64,000 nucleotides of DNA from Azolla caroliniana (taxonomy: Eukaryota > Plantae > Polypodiophyta). Under the pieces are notes generated by a model. The model was not told the DNA's origin. It made no database searches and saw only the letters and a program-made list of their open reading frames with translations. The translations under genes and the position numbers were made by a program. This document shows positions 12,021-22,907 of the stretch, piece after piece (position 1 is the first letter of the stretch; every line of letters begins with the position of its first letter). The stretch covers positions 11,966,001-12,030,000 of the forward strand of contig JBHGNT010000006.1 in the NCBI GenBank assembly GCA_043228905.1, written 5' to 3'.

Positions 12021-12090
12021 CAATAGATAGTATAATGGTCAATAGCTCGACCCATATAATATAAGGTCATGGGTTCGAGTCTTGCCATAT
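12021..12090 (+). promoter_or_regulatory. tRNA-derived A-box/B-box cassette at the outer end of LTR E (antisense to the LTR)
   Basis: A box TAGTATAATGG 12028-12038; AAGGTCATGGGTTCGAGTC with B box at 12072-12081; U8-G53 spacing 45 nt; second copy at 10001-10064. Confidence 0.65.
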
Positions 12091-14806
12091 CATGACACTC
12101 GTTGTAACCGAACCGCACAACAGGGTTCTTCTGGCAGGTAGATCAGCATAATTGCTCATTAGCCGATGTTGAGGCTTTCGTCGCCGGCCTAGACTTCGGT
12201 CTCGAAGACTCGTCACCACTTCCCTCGAAGTCGGACTCGCGTCGATCCGACTTGTTCCTATCCGTGTCGTATGCCGACACCTTCTTCTTCCCTTTTTCCT
12301 TGCGCATAAGACGTCTCCTCGGCTTCCTGCGCGGGGAATGCACGGCCGAGTCTCCACTACTCGCCGACTCTTCATCGGACTGGTCGAATCGACTCAGTCC
12401 TCCATCCAGTCCGCTTAACCGAAATGAAATCGGACTCTCTTCGCGGGTCCCGATTTTAGGCTCATCCGGAGGCATCTCGGCCTCGCTGACCTCATCGTCA
12501 GAACTCGGATTGGAAGTGAGGTCTACAGTCGGAGGCAAGTACCAGGACGTGTACTCGTCAAATACAACATCGCGGCTCACGCACGCTTGTTTGGTGCGAG
12601 GGTTATAACGCTTATAACCCTTCTGCTCGTCCGACTAGCCGACTAAGATACACTTCTCGACTTTCGCATACAACTTCCTCCTTTTCTCCTTTGGCACGTG
12701 CACATATGCGATGCTACCGAAAACTCTCAAGTGTCGCAGATTTGGTTTCCTTCCGAAATACAGCTCATGCGCTGACCCTTTTTCTCCGATCCAATTCTGG
12801 ATGCATACCGCGGTTCGTACCGCCTCGTCCCAATAGAACCTTGGCAAGCTCTTTTCCTCCAGCATTGCCCATGCCACTTCCACAATCGACTGATTTTTCC
12901 TCTTGGCCATGCCATTTTGCTCCGGCGTGTATCTACAACTGAATTCGCGCCGAATTCCCATCTATTGCACATAGCCGTTGAATTGACCGGAAAAGTACTC
13001 TTTTCCGCCATCCGACTACAGGCACTTGATCTTTCTTCCTGTTTCCCTTTCCACGAACCCTTTGAGGTCCCGAAAACAGTCGAAGACCTCACTCTTCTTC
13101 TCGATGAGGTAGATCCACATGTGCCGCGTATAGTCGTCGATGAAAGAGACAAAATATCGACTCCCGCCAAGACTAATGTTTTGTGCCGGTCCCCATACAT
13201 TGGAATGTATCAAGTCGAGCTTGTTCCGGGTCCAGTTATGCTCGTTTGGGAAAGGAAGTCGGTGTTGCTTCCCTAGCTGGCAGGCTTCACAAATTTGGGC
13301 AATCCGAACACCACCTGTTTCGATTGCAGGTCCTGAAGCCGTTGATAGTTGACGTGGCCTATCCGCTTGTGCCATAAATCAATATCCAACTCGACTTTTT
13401 GTCCTTTCATGAACATTGTGGTGCCACCGTCGCTAGAGTCGAGGATAAACATCCTCCCATCTCTGCGCCCTTGCGCAATAACTCGGCCTTCTTCCTCGAT
13501 GAAGCACCCGAGATGCCTAAACCGAACCTGCATCCCTTGGTCGACGATCTGCCTGACTAACACCAGGTTCGTTGTGATTGTCGGGACGTGTAACACGTTC
13601 ATGAATTTCCCTTTCTGCCCGACATGGCTCAAGGGAACTTCACCGACATGCGCGATCGGATGCGGAGTGTCATCTCCGGTTGCGACTACTCCCGGTTGCA
13701 TCGGTTTTTCCATGTGGTTTGACGCGCCGGAGTCGACGTACCGCACCTCGTCCGATTTCGGAGTGATCTTCTTCATCGAGTTTGCTTCGTGTCTCGTCAC
13801 GAAGACTGGCCCTTTTTCGGCTCCTTCGGCGTAGTGCGATCACTGCCGATTACCCTTGTCGGTCTGCATGGAACCTGATCCGAACCCGGTTCTCTCCGAG
13901 TCGGCGCGCTTTTTCCAGCACTCGCTCCCCCTATGGCCTTTCTTGCCACACTACCAGCATTCCATGGCGGATTTCCCTTGCCGGTTCTCATCGCCTCGAC
14001 TCCCCCTATTTCTGGAGGGTCCAGAGTTGTTGTCGGCATCACTTCGGTGCCTTCTTCCTTGGTCCCGTCGACCGCCTCCATTGCGCACCGACTCGCCTCG
14101 TTCACCACGACCACGGGACCTCTCTCCCTTCGTGTACAACATCTTGTTGTCGGCATGCATGCTCGTTGACGCACCCGCGTGGTTTTCCTCTATAAGGAGC
14201 ATCGACTGTAGGTCGAAAAACAACGGCTTATTCTCCCATGTACACACAGCAGTTCGGAATGCTCCGAACTTCGACGCCAGTCCCCCGAGACAAATCTACA
14301 CCATCTCGCCTTCCTCGACATTCACATCGATGGAGGCTAAGGAGTCACATATATCTTTGATCTTCGAGGTGTAATCAGCCACCGACAAGTCGTGTTGTCG
14401 TAGGTTGCTCAGCTCCTGTCAAAGTTGAAGCTTCCTGGTTGTAGTGCTTGCGGCAAACCCCAAGCATCCTTCAGCGTTTTCGCATCCTGAATGTAGCTTA
14501 GGAGTTGTTCGCCCACACAAGACGTGAAGCAGTACAATACTCTACTCGCCGACTGTTCCCACGCTGGGAAATCTCTGTGTGTCGATTTGGGTGCTATGTC
14601 ATTTGCTCCGTCAACATAGTTCCAGTAATTGTACCCGAGCAGGTACTGGTGCATCTTGTAGGACCAAGTTGTTTCTGTCGAGCTTCTCCGTCGGAAGCGA
14701 GCTAGCCATGCCTCTATCCATCGGTTTTTACCTGTTCTTATCGGTTGGTTTTTCTTTTCAAGCTATGTCGGTTGCAGAGGTTCTCAACCCTCGCGCTCTG
14801 ATACCA

Positions 14807-15213
14807 TGTAAAAGAATATGTGTGGAAGCAATAGAAAACCGAACACAGAAAATATGCAGGTTTAATGGAGAGCTTAGGGTATACACAGTACGCATGAGAG
14901 ACACAGAGAGAACACAGGAAAAACTCAATTCAAAATATCACTCAATTTGTACATAGGATGTGCTCAGTGAGCACTTTTATACAAGTCCATACGGACTGAC
15001 AGAAGTACTGACATGTACTTCAATGCTCACGAGTGAGCTCTACACTAATTCCCAAAATATATTCCTACGTGGAATATCTTCCCAACAGCCTCATGGTTTA
15101 CGCACCGCTACAGCGTCTCGTTGCGTACCGGTCTGTGCACCAGTTTACGCACCGGTCCGACCTAACCAATCGATCCCAACCGATCCAGCCAATGTTGAGC
15201 TTGTATCTCAACA
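14807..15213 (-). repeat. 5' LTR of copia D
   Basis: Direct repeat of 8335-8766; followed directly on the minus strand by PBS TGGTATCAGAGC. Confidence 0.96.
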
Positions 15214-16613
15214 CTTCGGTACATGCATATACCCCAAACATCCGAACACCCTCAGGTGTTGGTAGGAGACATCCTTCCCTATCCACACTTTCTGTGGGAC
15301 ATCACCCTTTAGTGGTACTAAGGGAAACCTATTGATCAAATAAACAGTTGTGTACATCACCTCAGCCCAATAGGATTTTGGCAGTTTCGCATGAGAGAGC
15401 ATGCTCCTTACCCTCTCCATGATTGTTCAATTCATCCTTTCTGCAAGCCCGTTCAACTCTGGGTTCTTTGGCACTATGTATTCGATCCAAATACCTTGGC
15501 ACTTGCAGTATTCCTCGAATTGCCCTCTATACTCACCATTGTTGTCAGTTCGAACAGACTTCAACTTCCGACCTGACTCTCGTTCAGTTCTAGCTTGGAA
15601 CTCCTTGAAAACCAACAATACTTGATCCTTCGACTTCAGTACGAAGGCCCATGTCTTCTGACTATAGTCGTCGATGAACGTTAGAAAGTACTATCCACCT
15701 CGATGCGATGGAGCATCTACATAACACACATCCGTGTGTACCAGTTCCAGTGCAGCTTCTCTTCTTCGTGGTGGTCTTGTGTGGAATGCTGATCTGTTCT
15801 GCTTCCCGACTAAACACTCGACGCACTTCTCCAAGTACACTCCCTTGACTTCTGGTAGCAGCTTTTGGTCGGCTAGCAAGTGCATTCCTTTCTCACTCAT
15901 GTGGCCTAGCCTCTTATGCCATATCTCTCCTACCGAGTCGGTTGCCACATTTACTTCCGATTTGCACAATCGGGCATGCAAATCGGGCCACTATAATATT
16001 TCCTCAACAGAACTTCCACTTGCCATTCCGAAAGCTACCACTATAGCCTTCGTCATCTAACCTTCCAGTCGATATCAGATTCAATCTGATATCAAGGACA
16101 TGTCGAACATCCTTCAGAGTCAGTTGACACCCTGTCGACGTCGTCAAGCACACACTTCCAACTCCGGCCATCTTGCACTCTCCACTATCACCCATTTTCA
16201 CATAACCATGATCTCCGGCTATGTAAGTCGAGAAATACTCTCTCGACGGAGTTATGTGGAACGATGCCCTGGAATCGATCACCCAAGTGCATTCCTCACT
16301 TGCAAGATTTGGACTTGTCTGTTAATAGATGAACAACAGTTCTTCATTGCTCGTAGCAATGGCAGAACTGTTCTTCTTATCAGGAATCTTCCTGGGTTCG
16401 ACATTGTTTCTAACACCCTTGTCTTTTCTCATGTGTCGGCAGTCCTTCTAGAAGTGTCCAAGTTTACCATAGTAAAAGCACACTAGCTTACCTCTGGACT
16501 TCGATCTGTCTTGGGACTTTTCTCTCCTTGGTGGACTTCTTTGCCGGTTCCTTCCTCTGTCTGAATGTTGTGTTACATTCGACTCCGACTGGGACAGGAC
16601 TCAGACTTTCCGT

Positions 16614-17504
16614 TGTCGGGGTAGTTTTGGTTCGTGCGGCGAAGTCGTGGGGACTAAGGTCAAGGGGAGTTGAAGAAACTTAACTTTTAATAAGGCTTGT
16701 ATGGTGATGATAGAATGGTTAAGGATAGTAAGACGAAGAGTTACGAGTAATGTGTGTGTGTGAGAGAGATGAGAATAGATAGAAGATAGAGACAATATAT
16801 GATTCAAGAAGCAAGATAGAGACAAAGTATGATTTAAGAAAAAAATATATATGATATGAACATGATGTATATTATGAATACAAGATTTTACCAACTTTAC
16901 AATGTTTGGTAGCAAGATGAACCCTTTCTCTACCAACCCTTGATTCAAACTCTTGACTCCAACTTGGAAACACGAGCCTCTTCACCAACAAGCTAACTTG
17001 TTTGTTTCTTTGATTATCTTATTTATCTAACTTTCTCTTGATTCCCTTTTGTTTTCCTTTCCCCTCTTTTTATAAGTATTTCTATGCATATGGTAATGTC
17101 ATGCATGTAATGCATGAGTTACATCTGATGCATGATCGCCATTTGGCGCACATGCATTGCATGTGATGCATGATAGCCATCATGCTCATTTGAGCTCCCA
17201 TGTATTGGGATAAGTATAATGATGGATATAACCCTAAAACAAATAACCTAGCTTAATGGTGTATGGTTTGTGCTTGATATACAAGGTTGAGGGTTCAAGT
17301 CCCTCAATTTTACTTAATACAATATTTAAGTTTATTCTTATATAGTGAAGCACATTCTTGACAACATTTCTAAAAACAAATAGCCTACCCTAGTGGTATA
17401 TACATTGTGCTTGGTTTATAAGGTTGTGGGTTCAAGTGTTTGAAATATTATTGAATTCAATATTTAAATTTATTTTTATATCGTGAAGCAAATCCTTCAC
17501 GACA
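16614..17504 (-). mobile_element. Solo LTR 'H' (891 bp) with a 4-bp TSD
   Basis: Termini TGTCGGGG / TTCACGACA; CCGT at 16610-16613 and 17505-17508; removing it restores host CAGACTTTCCGTGTACAATC (DDCTRKV on the minus strand); TATA on the minus strand at 17074. Confidence 0.88.
17242..17445 (+). promoter_or_regulatory. Two tandem tRNA-derived A-box/B-box cassettes in LTR H
   Basis: TAGCTTAATGG (17249) ... TTGAGGGTTCAAGTCCCTCAA (intact T-arm, 17287-17307); TACCCTAGTGG (17386) ... GTGGGTTCAAGT (17426-17437); period ~137 bp. Confidence 0.65.
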
Positions 17505-18158
17505 CCGTGTACAATCATCTACAAATGTCATGAAGTATTGGGAGCCTCCAAGGGATCTCTCAAGCATAGGCCCACATATATCTATGTGCACGAACTCTAG
17601 GGGTTGTCGTACCATTTCGTAATGGAGAGAGTGTGGACTTCGGGTCTTTTTCTCGTAGCAACAATGCTCGCAGAAGTCCATTTTTGTTTGGAGTTTTGGA
17701 ATGTAGCCAACCGCCACCAACCGATCTAAGCCGGTTGGAGACATATGGCCGAGTCGGCCATGCCATAGGTTCGGGGCGATCGTTTCGGCTACGTTCACGA
17801 CCCATTCTAGATTGATCGTCGTCATTGGATACAAGTTTTTGTACTTGTGTTTGCTTCCTATTTTTAGGTTTCCATGACTGATCATCCATGTCGACTCGTT
17901 CAGAGTCGTTCTGTACCCGTCTTCGGCTAACATATCGATGGAGACCAAACTCCTTTTCAGTACGGGTACATTCCGGACTTGGTGCATGACAATTGTGTTT
18001 CCATTTGACAATTGAATTGGTACTTCGCCAATTCCTGCGATTCTGCATTCCTGCCCATTGCCTAGTCGGACTGTGTCGTTGGCGCCGGCCAAATAGTTAG
18101 AAAACCATTCGACGTTCGGGGTTACATGAAATGTGGCACCAGAGTCCATTAACCACGT

Positions 18159-21100
18159 TGTGAGTCTTGCGCAGGAGGAGCCAACTGTTCGGAGAGAGCC
18201 GATAGTCGAAGATAGGGAGCAGCCGACTGATCGGATGAGTTGGTTGATTAGTAGGACTATTATTAATATTAGATAATAATAGGAATGATAGTAGTAGTGG
18301 CTACATTTGTAAATAGCCCATACAGGGTATAAGTATAAATACACTTAGGGCAAGCAGGAGAGTAATATATGTGAAAACAATGTGTGATCCTCCGTTGTTG
18401 CCAACGATAGAGGAGAGTCAAAACGTGAAGAGAGACTGAGCAAGCGGCGCCATAGCTGTGTTCTGTAACAGCATACGCCAATAGCCCTACACGGCTGATA
18501 CACTCGGTGTGGAGAGTGTTGTACTCTAATCTCGTCATTGTATATCCATTGTATAGTGAAGCTCCATTCTCTGTGGTTATCTCCCGCTTTAGGGTTTCCA
18601 CGTAAAATCTGTGTACACTTTTTCTCTGTTTCCGAACTGTGTATTTCAGTGCAATCCTTTTTTTGTCGATTGACAATTCGTTTCTCAACAAACTGGTATC
18701 AGAGCTTGAGGTGCAAGCATGGAAGGAGGTGTGAGTGGTTTCCCAAGAATGATAGTTCTAAACTCTCATAACTATGCAGACTAGAAGATAAAGATGGAGG
18801 ACCTTCTCATAGTCAAAGACTTGTACGAGCTTATCGACAGAGCAGAAATACCCATGAGGGTGTTAGAGTCGGAATGGAAACTTCTTAACAGAAAGGCGGT
18901 GGCCACCATCCGACAGTGTGTCGATGTAAGTGTCCTTCAGCATGTGCCAAACAACACAAATGCCCACGAGATGTGGCAAAAGCTATCGTGTCTATATGAG
19001 ATGAAGAACGCCCTCAATAAAACCTCACTGATGAGAGCATCATTGAACACATCAGCACATTCATGGGGTATGTAAACCAACTTCCCGCAACCAAGTTTCC
19101 CCTTGATGATGCTATGCAGGCCATCTTACTGATGTGCACACTGCCGGACAACTAGGAGAATCTGGTTGTTACTCTCAGCATCTCCTGTCAAGAAGAGAAC
19201 TTGTCTTTACAAGAGGTGAAGACAAGCATCCTAAACGAGGAAGCGAGAAGGAAGGACAAGGGTTTCCTAGTCCATTCGTAGTCGAATTTGACTCAACATA
19301 TCGAGAAAGGAAGAAACCGGCAAAGGAGTCCACCAAGGAGAGAAAAGTCTCAAGCCAGGTCGAAGTCTAGAGGAAAGCTCGTGTGCTTTTATTGTGGAAA
19401 GCCTAGACATTTCCAGAAGGACTACCGACACCTTAAAAAGGAAAACAATGTCGATAATAATGTTGAACCCAGGAAGATTCCTGAAGAAAATGACACTTCA
19501 GCCATTGCTAGGAGCAATGAAGAACTTTTGTTCTTTTGTGAACAAACAAGTGCAAATCTTGCAAGTGAAGGATGCACTTGGGTGATCGACTCCGGCGCAT
19601 CCTTTCACATAACTCCGTCGAGAGAGTATTTCTCGACTTACATCGCCGGTGATCATGGTTATGTAAAGATGGGTGACATTGGGGAGTGCAAGATAGCTGG
19701 AATCGGAAGTGTCTGCCTGACGACGTCGACAAGGTGTCGACTGACTCTAAAGGTCGTTCGACACGTCCCCGATATCAGATTGAATCTGATATCAACTAGA
19801 GGACTGGAGGACAAAGACTACAATGGTAGTTTTCAGAATGGCAAGTGGAAGTTCTGCCGAGGAAACCTTATAGTGGCATGAGCACAGAAGGTAGGCACAT
19901 TGTATATGATGCAAGCCCGACTGTGCAAGTCATAAGTGAATGTGGCAGTCGACTTGGCGGGACAGATATGGCATAAGAGGCTAGGCCACATGAGTGGGAA
20001 GGGACTGCATCTGTTGGCTGACCAGAAGCTTCTACCATAAGTAAAGGGAATGCACCTGGAGAAGTGTGTCGACTGCTTGGTCGAAAAGCAAAAAAGAGCA
20101 ACATTCCACACACAGCCGCCAAGAAAAAGAGAAGTTGCACTGGAACTAGTACATACGGATGTGTGCTATGTAGATGCTCCATCACACCGAGGCGGACAGT
20201 ACTTTGTGACCTTCATCGATGACTAAAGTCGGAAGTTGTGGGCTTTCGTACTGAAGTCAAAAGATCAAGTGTTGTCGTTTTTCAAGGAGTTCCAGGCAAG
20301 AGCCGAACGGGAGTTAGGTCGGAAGTTGAAGGTTGTCCGAACCGACAATGGTGGCGAATATAAAGGGCAGTTTGAGGAATCGAATACACCATACCAAAGA
20401 CCCCTGAGTTGAATGGGCTTGCAGAGAGGATGAATCGAACAATCATGGAGAGAGTAAGGAGCTTGCTCTCTCATGCTAAACTGCCAAAATCCTATTGGGC
20501 TGGGGCGATGTATACAACTGTTTATCTGATCAACAGGTCTCCCTCAAAGCCATTGAAGGACTGGAAGCAACAGAAGTCGGAAATGACTAACCAGTCAACC
20601 TCCACTACTATCGACTTGCCATGTGAACCGACACGGTCGGTTGTTCGGAGACAGGCAGTTGGCACAGCCAATTCCGAGTTGGTCGACTCGGAGAGACCAA
20701 CCGACTATGAGTCTAAGTCAATAGTGTTGTTAAGATTGATCGAGGAATACGAATCGGAGTCAGTGGACATTCAACAACCTATCGACATGAATGAATCCGA
20801 GACGAGAGAAGAGTTGGCAGAGACATTTGAACAAGAGCCAACGAGTGGAAGGAGATACCCACTCAGTGAAAGGAGAGCACCGACGACATATGCCAGTCAA
20901 TACATCCTCTTGACTGATGAAGGTGAACCCGAGTGCTATGACGAAGCCATTGCCGACAAGCACAGAGAAAAATGGCTAAGTGGAATGTAGGATGAGATGG
21001 ACTCCCTAAATGAGAACTACACCTATGACCTAGTAGAACTACCGAAAGGTAAGAGAGCACTCAAGAATAAATGAGTCTACAAGGTGAAGACTGGAGAAGT

Positions 21101-22150
21101 CGATAGTGTGCCTAGGTACAAAGACCGCATTGTGGTGAAGGGTTTCCAACATAAAAAGGGCGTTGACTTTGAAGAAATATTCGCTCCAGTCGTGAAGATG
21201 ACATCTATTAAAACTGTTCTAAGCATAATTGCCAACATGGATCTAGAGATCGAACAATTGGATGTCAAGACGACATTCTTGCACGGGGGGCTGGATGAAG
21301 AGATTTACATGCAGCAACCCGAAAGCTTTGTGAAGAAAGGGAAAGAGAATCTGGTGTGTCGACTGAAGAAAAGCTTGTATGGGCTAAAACAAGGTCCACG
21401 TCAATGGTACAAGAAGTTTGAATCCTTCATGGTGGAACATGGGTTCCAGAAAACATAGGTTGATCCCTGTGTGTTCGTCAAAAGGTACGACAAAGGTGAC
21501 TTCTTGATTCTCTTGTTATATGTAGATGACATGTTGATAGTCAGTCAAGATAAATCGTTTGCCATGAAAGATCTTGGACCGACTAAACAAATTTTAGGAA
21601 TGCACATAGTTCGGGACAGAACTAAGAAACTGGTGTGGTTGTCACAAGAGAAATACGTGACGAAGATCCTAGAAAGAGTCAACATGTCGAAAGCAAAGCC
21701 GGTTGGCTCAATGTTGCTGACTAGCTGCAAGTTAAATGCAAAGCAATGCCCGAGAGGGGAGAAAGAAAAGGCTGAGATGAGGAAAGTACCATATGCCTCA
21801 GTTTTCGGATGTTTAATGTATGCTATGGTCTGCACGAGACCGGACATTGCATTTGCTATGGGAACATTAAGCCAATACATGAGTAATCCAAGACGAGAAC
21901 ATTGGGCAACGGTGAAATGGATACTAAGGGTGTGTGCCTTAAGTATGGTGTCGGAAAAACCATGCTCGAACGGTTTACCGACTCAGACATGTCAGGGGAT
22001 GTAGACTCAAGCCAATCCACATCAGGGTACGTGATGACCTATGCAAGGGGAGCAGTGTCGTGGCAGTCACGACTGTAGAAGTTTGTGGCTTTGTCGACCA
22101 CAGAGGTAGAGTACATGCCAGCGATAGAGGCCAGCAAGGAGCTGATTTGG
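18159..22150 (+). mobile_element. Ty1/copia 'K' (5' LTR, PBS, gag-pol to RNase H; 3' truncated)
   Basis: LTR ~18159-18690 ending TTCTCAACA; PBS TGGTATCAGAGC 18694-18705; gag, CFYCGKPRH knuckle, WVIDSGASFH, integrase, EQLDVKTTFLHG, LYVDDML, STTEVEY; stops and internal deletions; same family as C in the opposite orientation. Confidence 0.94.
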
Positions 22151-22159
22151 GAGATATTG

Positions 22160-22441
22160 TGTTCTGAATGTACGCGGAAGTATGTGAGGACCTGTCGGTT
22201 ATGCACAACAGACAACACAGATAGTATGGCAGAGAAAATAGTAGATAGACAAACTCAAAGCTTTAATGGAAACTCTCATTATTTCTGTTCTCCCTCACTC
22301 TACAAGACTCAAGATACAAGAATGATCAAGCAGCACGTATTACAACGTTAGGTTAAGGCTTATATACTCAAGCCCTAACTATTGGACGTGTTCACACTAG
22401 TAAGGATACAAAGTGGAAGGAGTCGGCCTTTTATGCCAACA
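22160..22441 (-). mobile_element. Short LTR-like element 'L' (282 bp)
   Basis: Minus strand TGTTGGCATAAAAGG...TTCAGAACA with TATATAA; clear similarity to 55018-55110; no matching TSD found. Confidence 0.65.
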
Positions 22442-22907
22442 CTTTCTAGGGTTCTAGCGTTCTCCACCATACTTATCTCTCGACGAAACCTTGTCGTATT
22501 GTTCTCTTCGTTTGTAAGACAACTTCCTATGAGTCGAGCGATTGCAGGTTGTGATGGCGAGCGAGTAATATCTAAATAGTCGGGTGCATGGTCAGGGAGG
22601 AGGTTGTTAGCTTTTGTACTAGCACGCTTTTTAGGGATAAAGATCGGATGGTGCAGATTGCACGGGCCCTTAGCTAATTGTCGTGCACCATCAGAGGCCT
22701 GGATTCCATTCCCTCGCCTGGACTCCTGAAATAGACACGTCAATCCATCCATCAATCAAAGTATTCACAGCCATTTGTTTGAGAATTATATTATATTATG
22801 GAGAACGAAAAGCCCATCCCCCCCCCCACCTCCATCTCTTTCCTCTTCCCTCTTCCTTTTCCTCTCCATCTTTTTCTTCCTTCTTCTTTCTTCTTCACAC
22901 AAAACTA

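Larger units (their letters stand above)
9879..12097 (-). mobile_element. Rearranged Tcn1-like Ty3/gypsy chromovirus 'E' (5' LTR, gag start, inverted PR-RT block, integrase/chromodomain end, partial 3' LTR)
   Basis: LTR 11659-12097 (TGTCA...TGACA); duplicate U3 at 9879-10064; minus-strand gag 11339-11590; minus-strand RIHPVFHSSLLEPY...EYEVAVILD at 10065-10200; plus-strand protease and RT at 10195-11350. Confidence 0.9.
11659..12097 (-). repeat. 5' LTR of chromovirus E
   Basis: TGTCATGA...CCTGACA on the minus strand; TATAAAAG at 11913-11906; gag ATG at 11590. Confidence 0.9.
8335..15213 (-). mobile_element. Ty1/copia 'D' with both LTRs, RT largely deleted, carrying nested gypsy E
   Basis: LTRs 8335-8766 and 14807-15213; 5-bp TSD CTTCG at 8330-8334 and 15214-15218; PBS TGGTATCAGAGC (tRNA-iMet) at 14795-14806; PPT at 8767-8778; gag, protease YVDSGASNHM, integrase, RNase H ORF 8953-9777. 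Confidence 0.96.
5881..16601 (-). mobile_element. Ty1/copia 'C' (3' LTR, RNase H, RT, integrase, protease, part of gag), interrupted by element D at 8335-15213
   Basis: RNase H RTKHIQRRYH (6567-6965), RT LYVDDML (7146-7439), integrase split at MHVPK|DQRSKLD, LVHTDVC, protease WVIDSRASFH (16004-16282); 5' end replaced by copia I at ~16601; same family as K. Confidence 0.92.
16602..18158 (-). mobile_element. Ty1/copia 'I' protease-integrase fragment, split by solo LTR H
   Basis: WLMDSGATFHVTP, LWHGRLGHMS, FVHIDICGP, FVDDCTR|KV, with the KV codons resuming at 16602-16613. Confidence 0.88.

Noticed and set aside
12021-12090. Functional tRNA genes here and at 17242-17445 and 53150-53215
   Set aside because: No pairing acceptor or anticodon stems; only the A/B boxes and T-arm remain, and all lie inside LTRs.
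17457-18344. 295-aa ORF as a novel membrane-anchored protease
   Set aside because: Chimeric: the hydrophobic N-terminus is antisense LTR K, the middle is copia I protease-integrase and the tail is LTR H.
22155-22446. TSDs for short LTRs L and M
   Set aside because: Flanks do not match (TATTG vs CTTTC; CCAAT vs TTTCC/CCCTT), so solo-LTR status is unproven.
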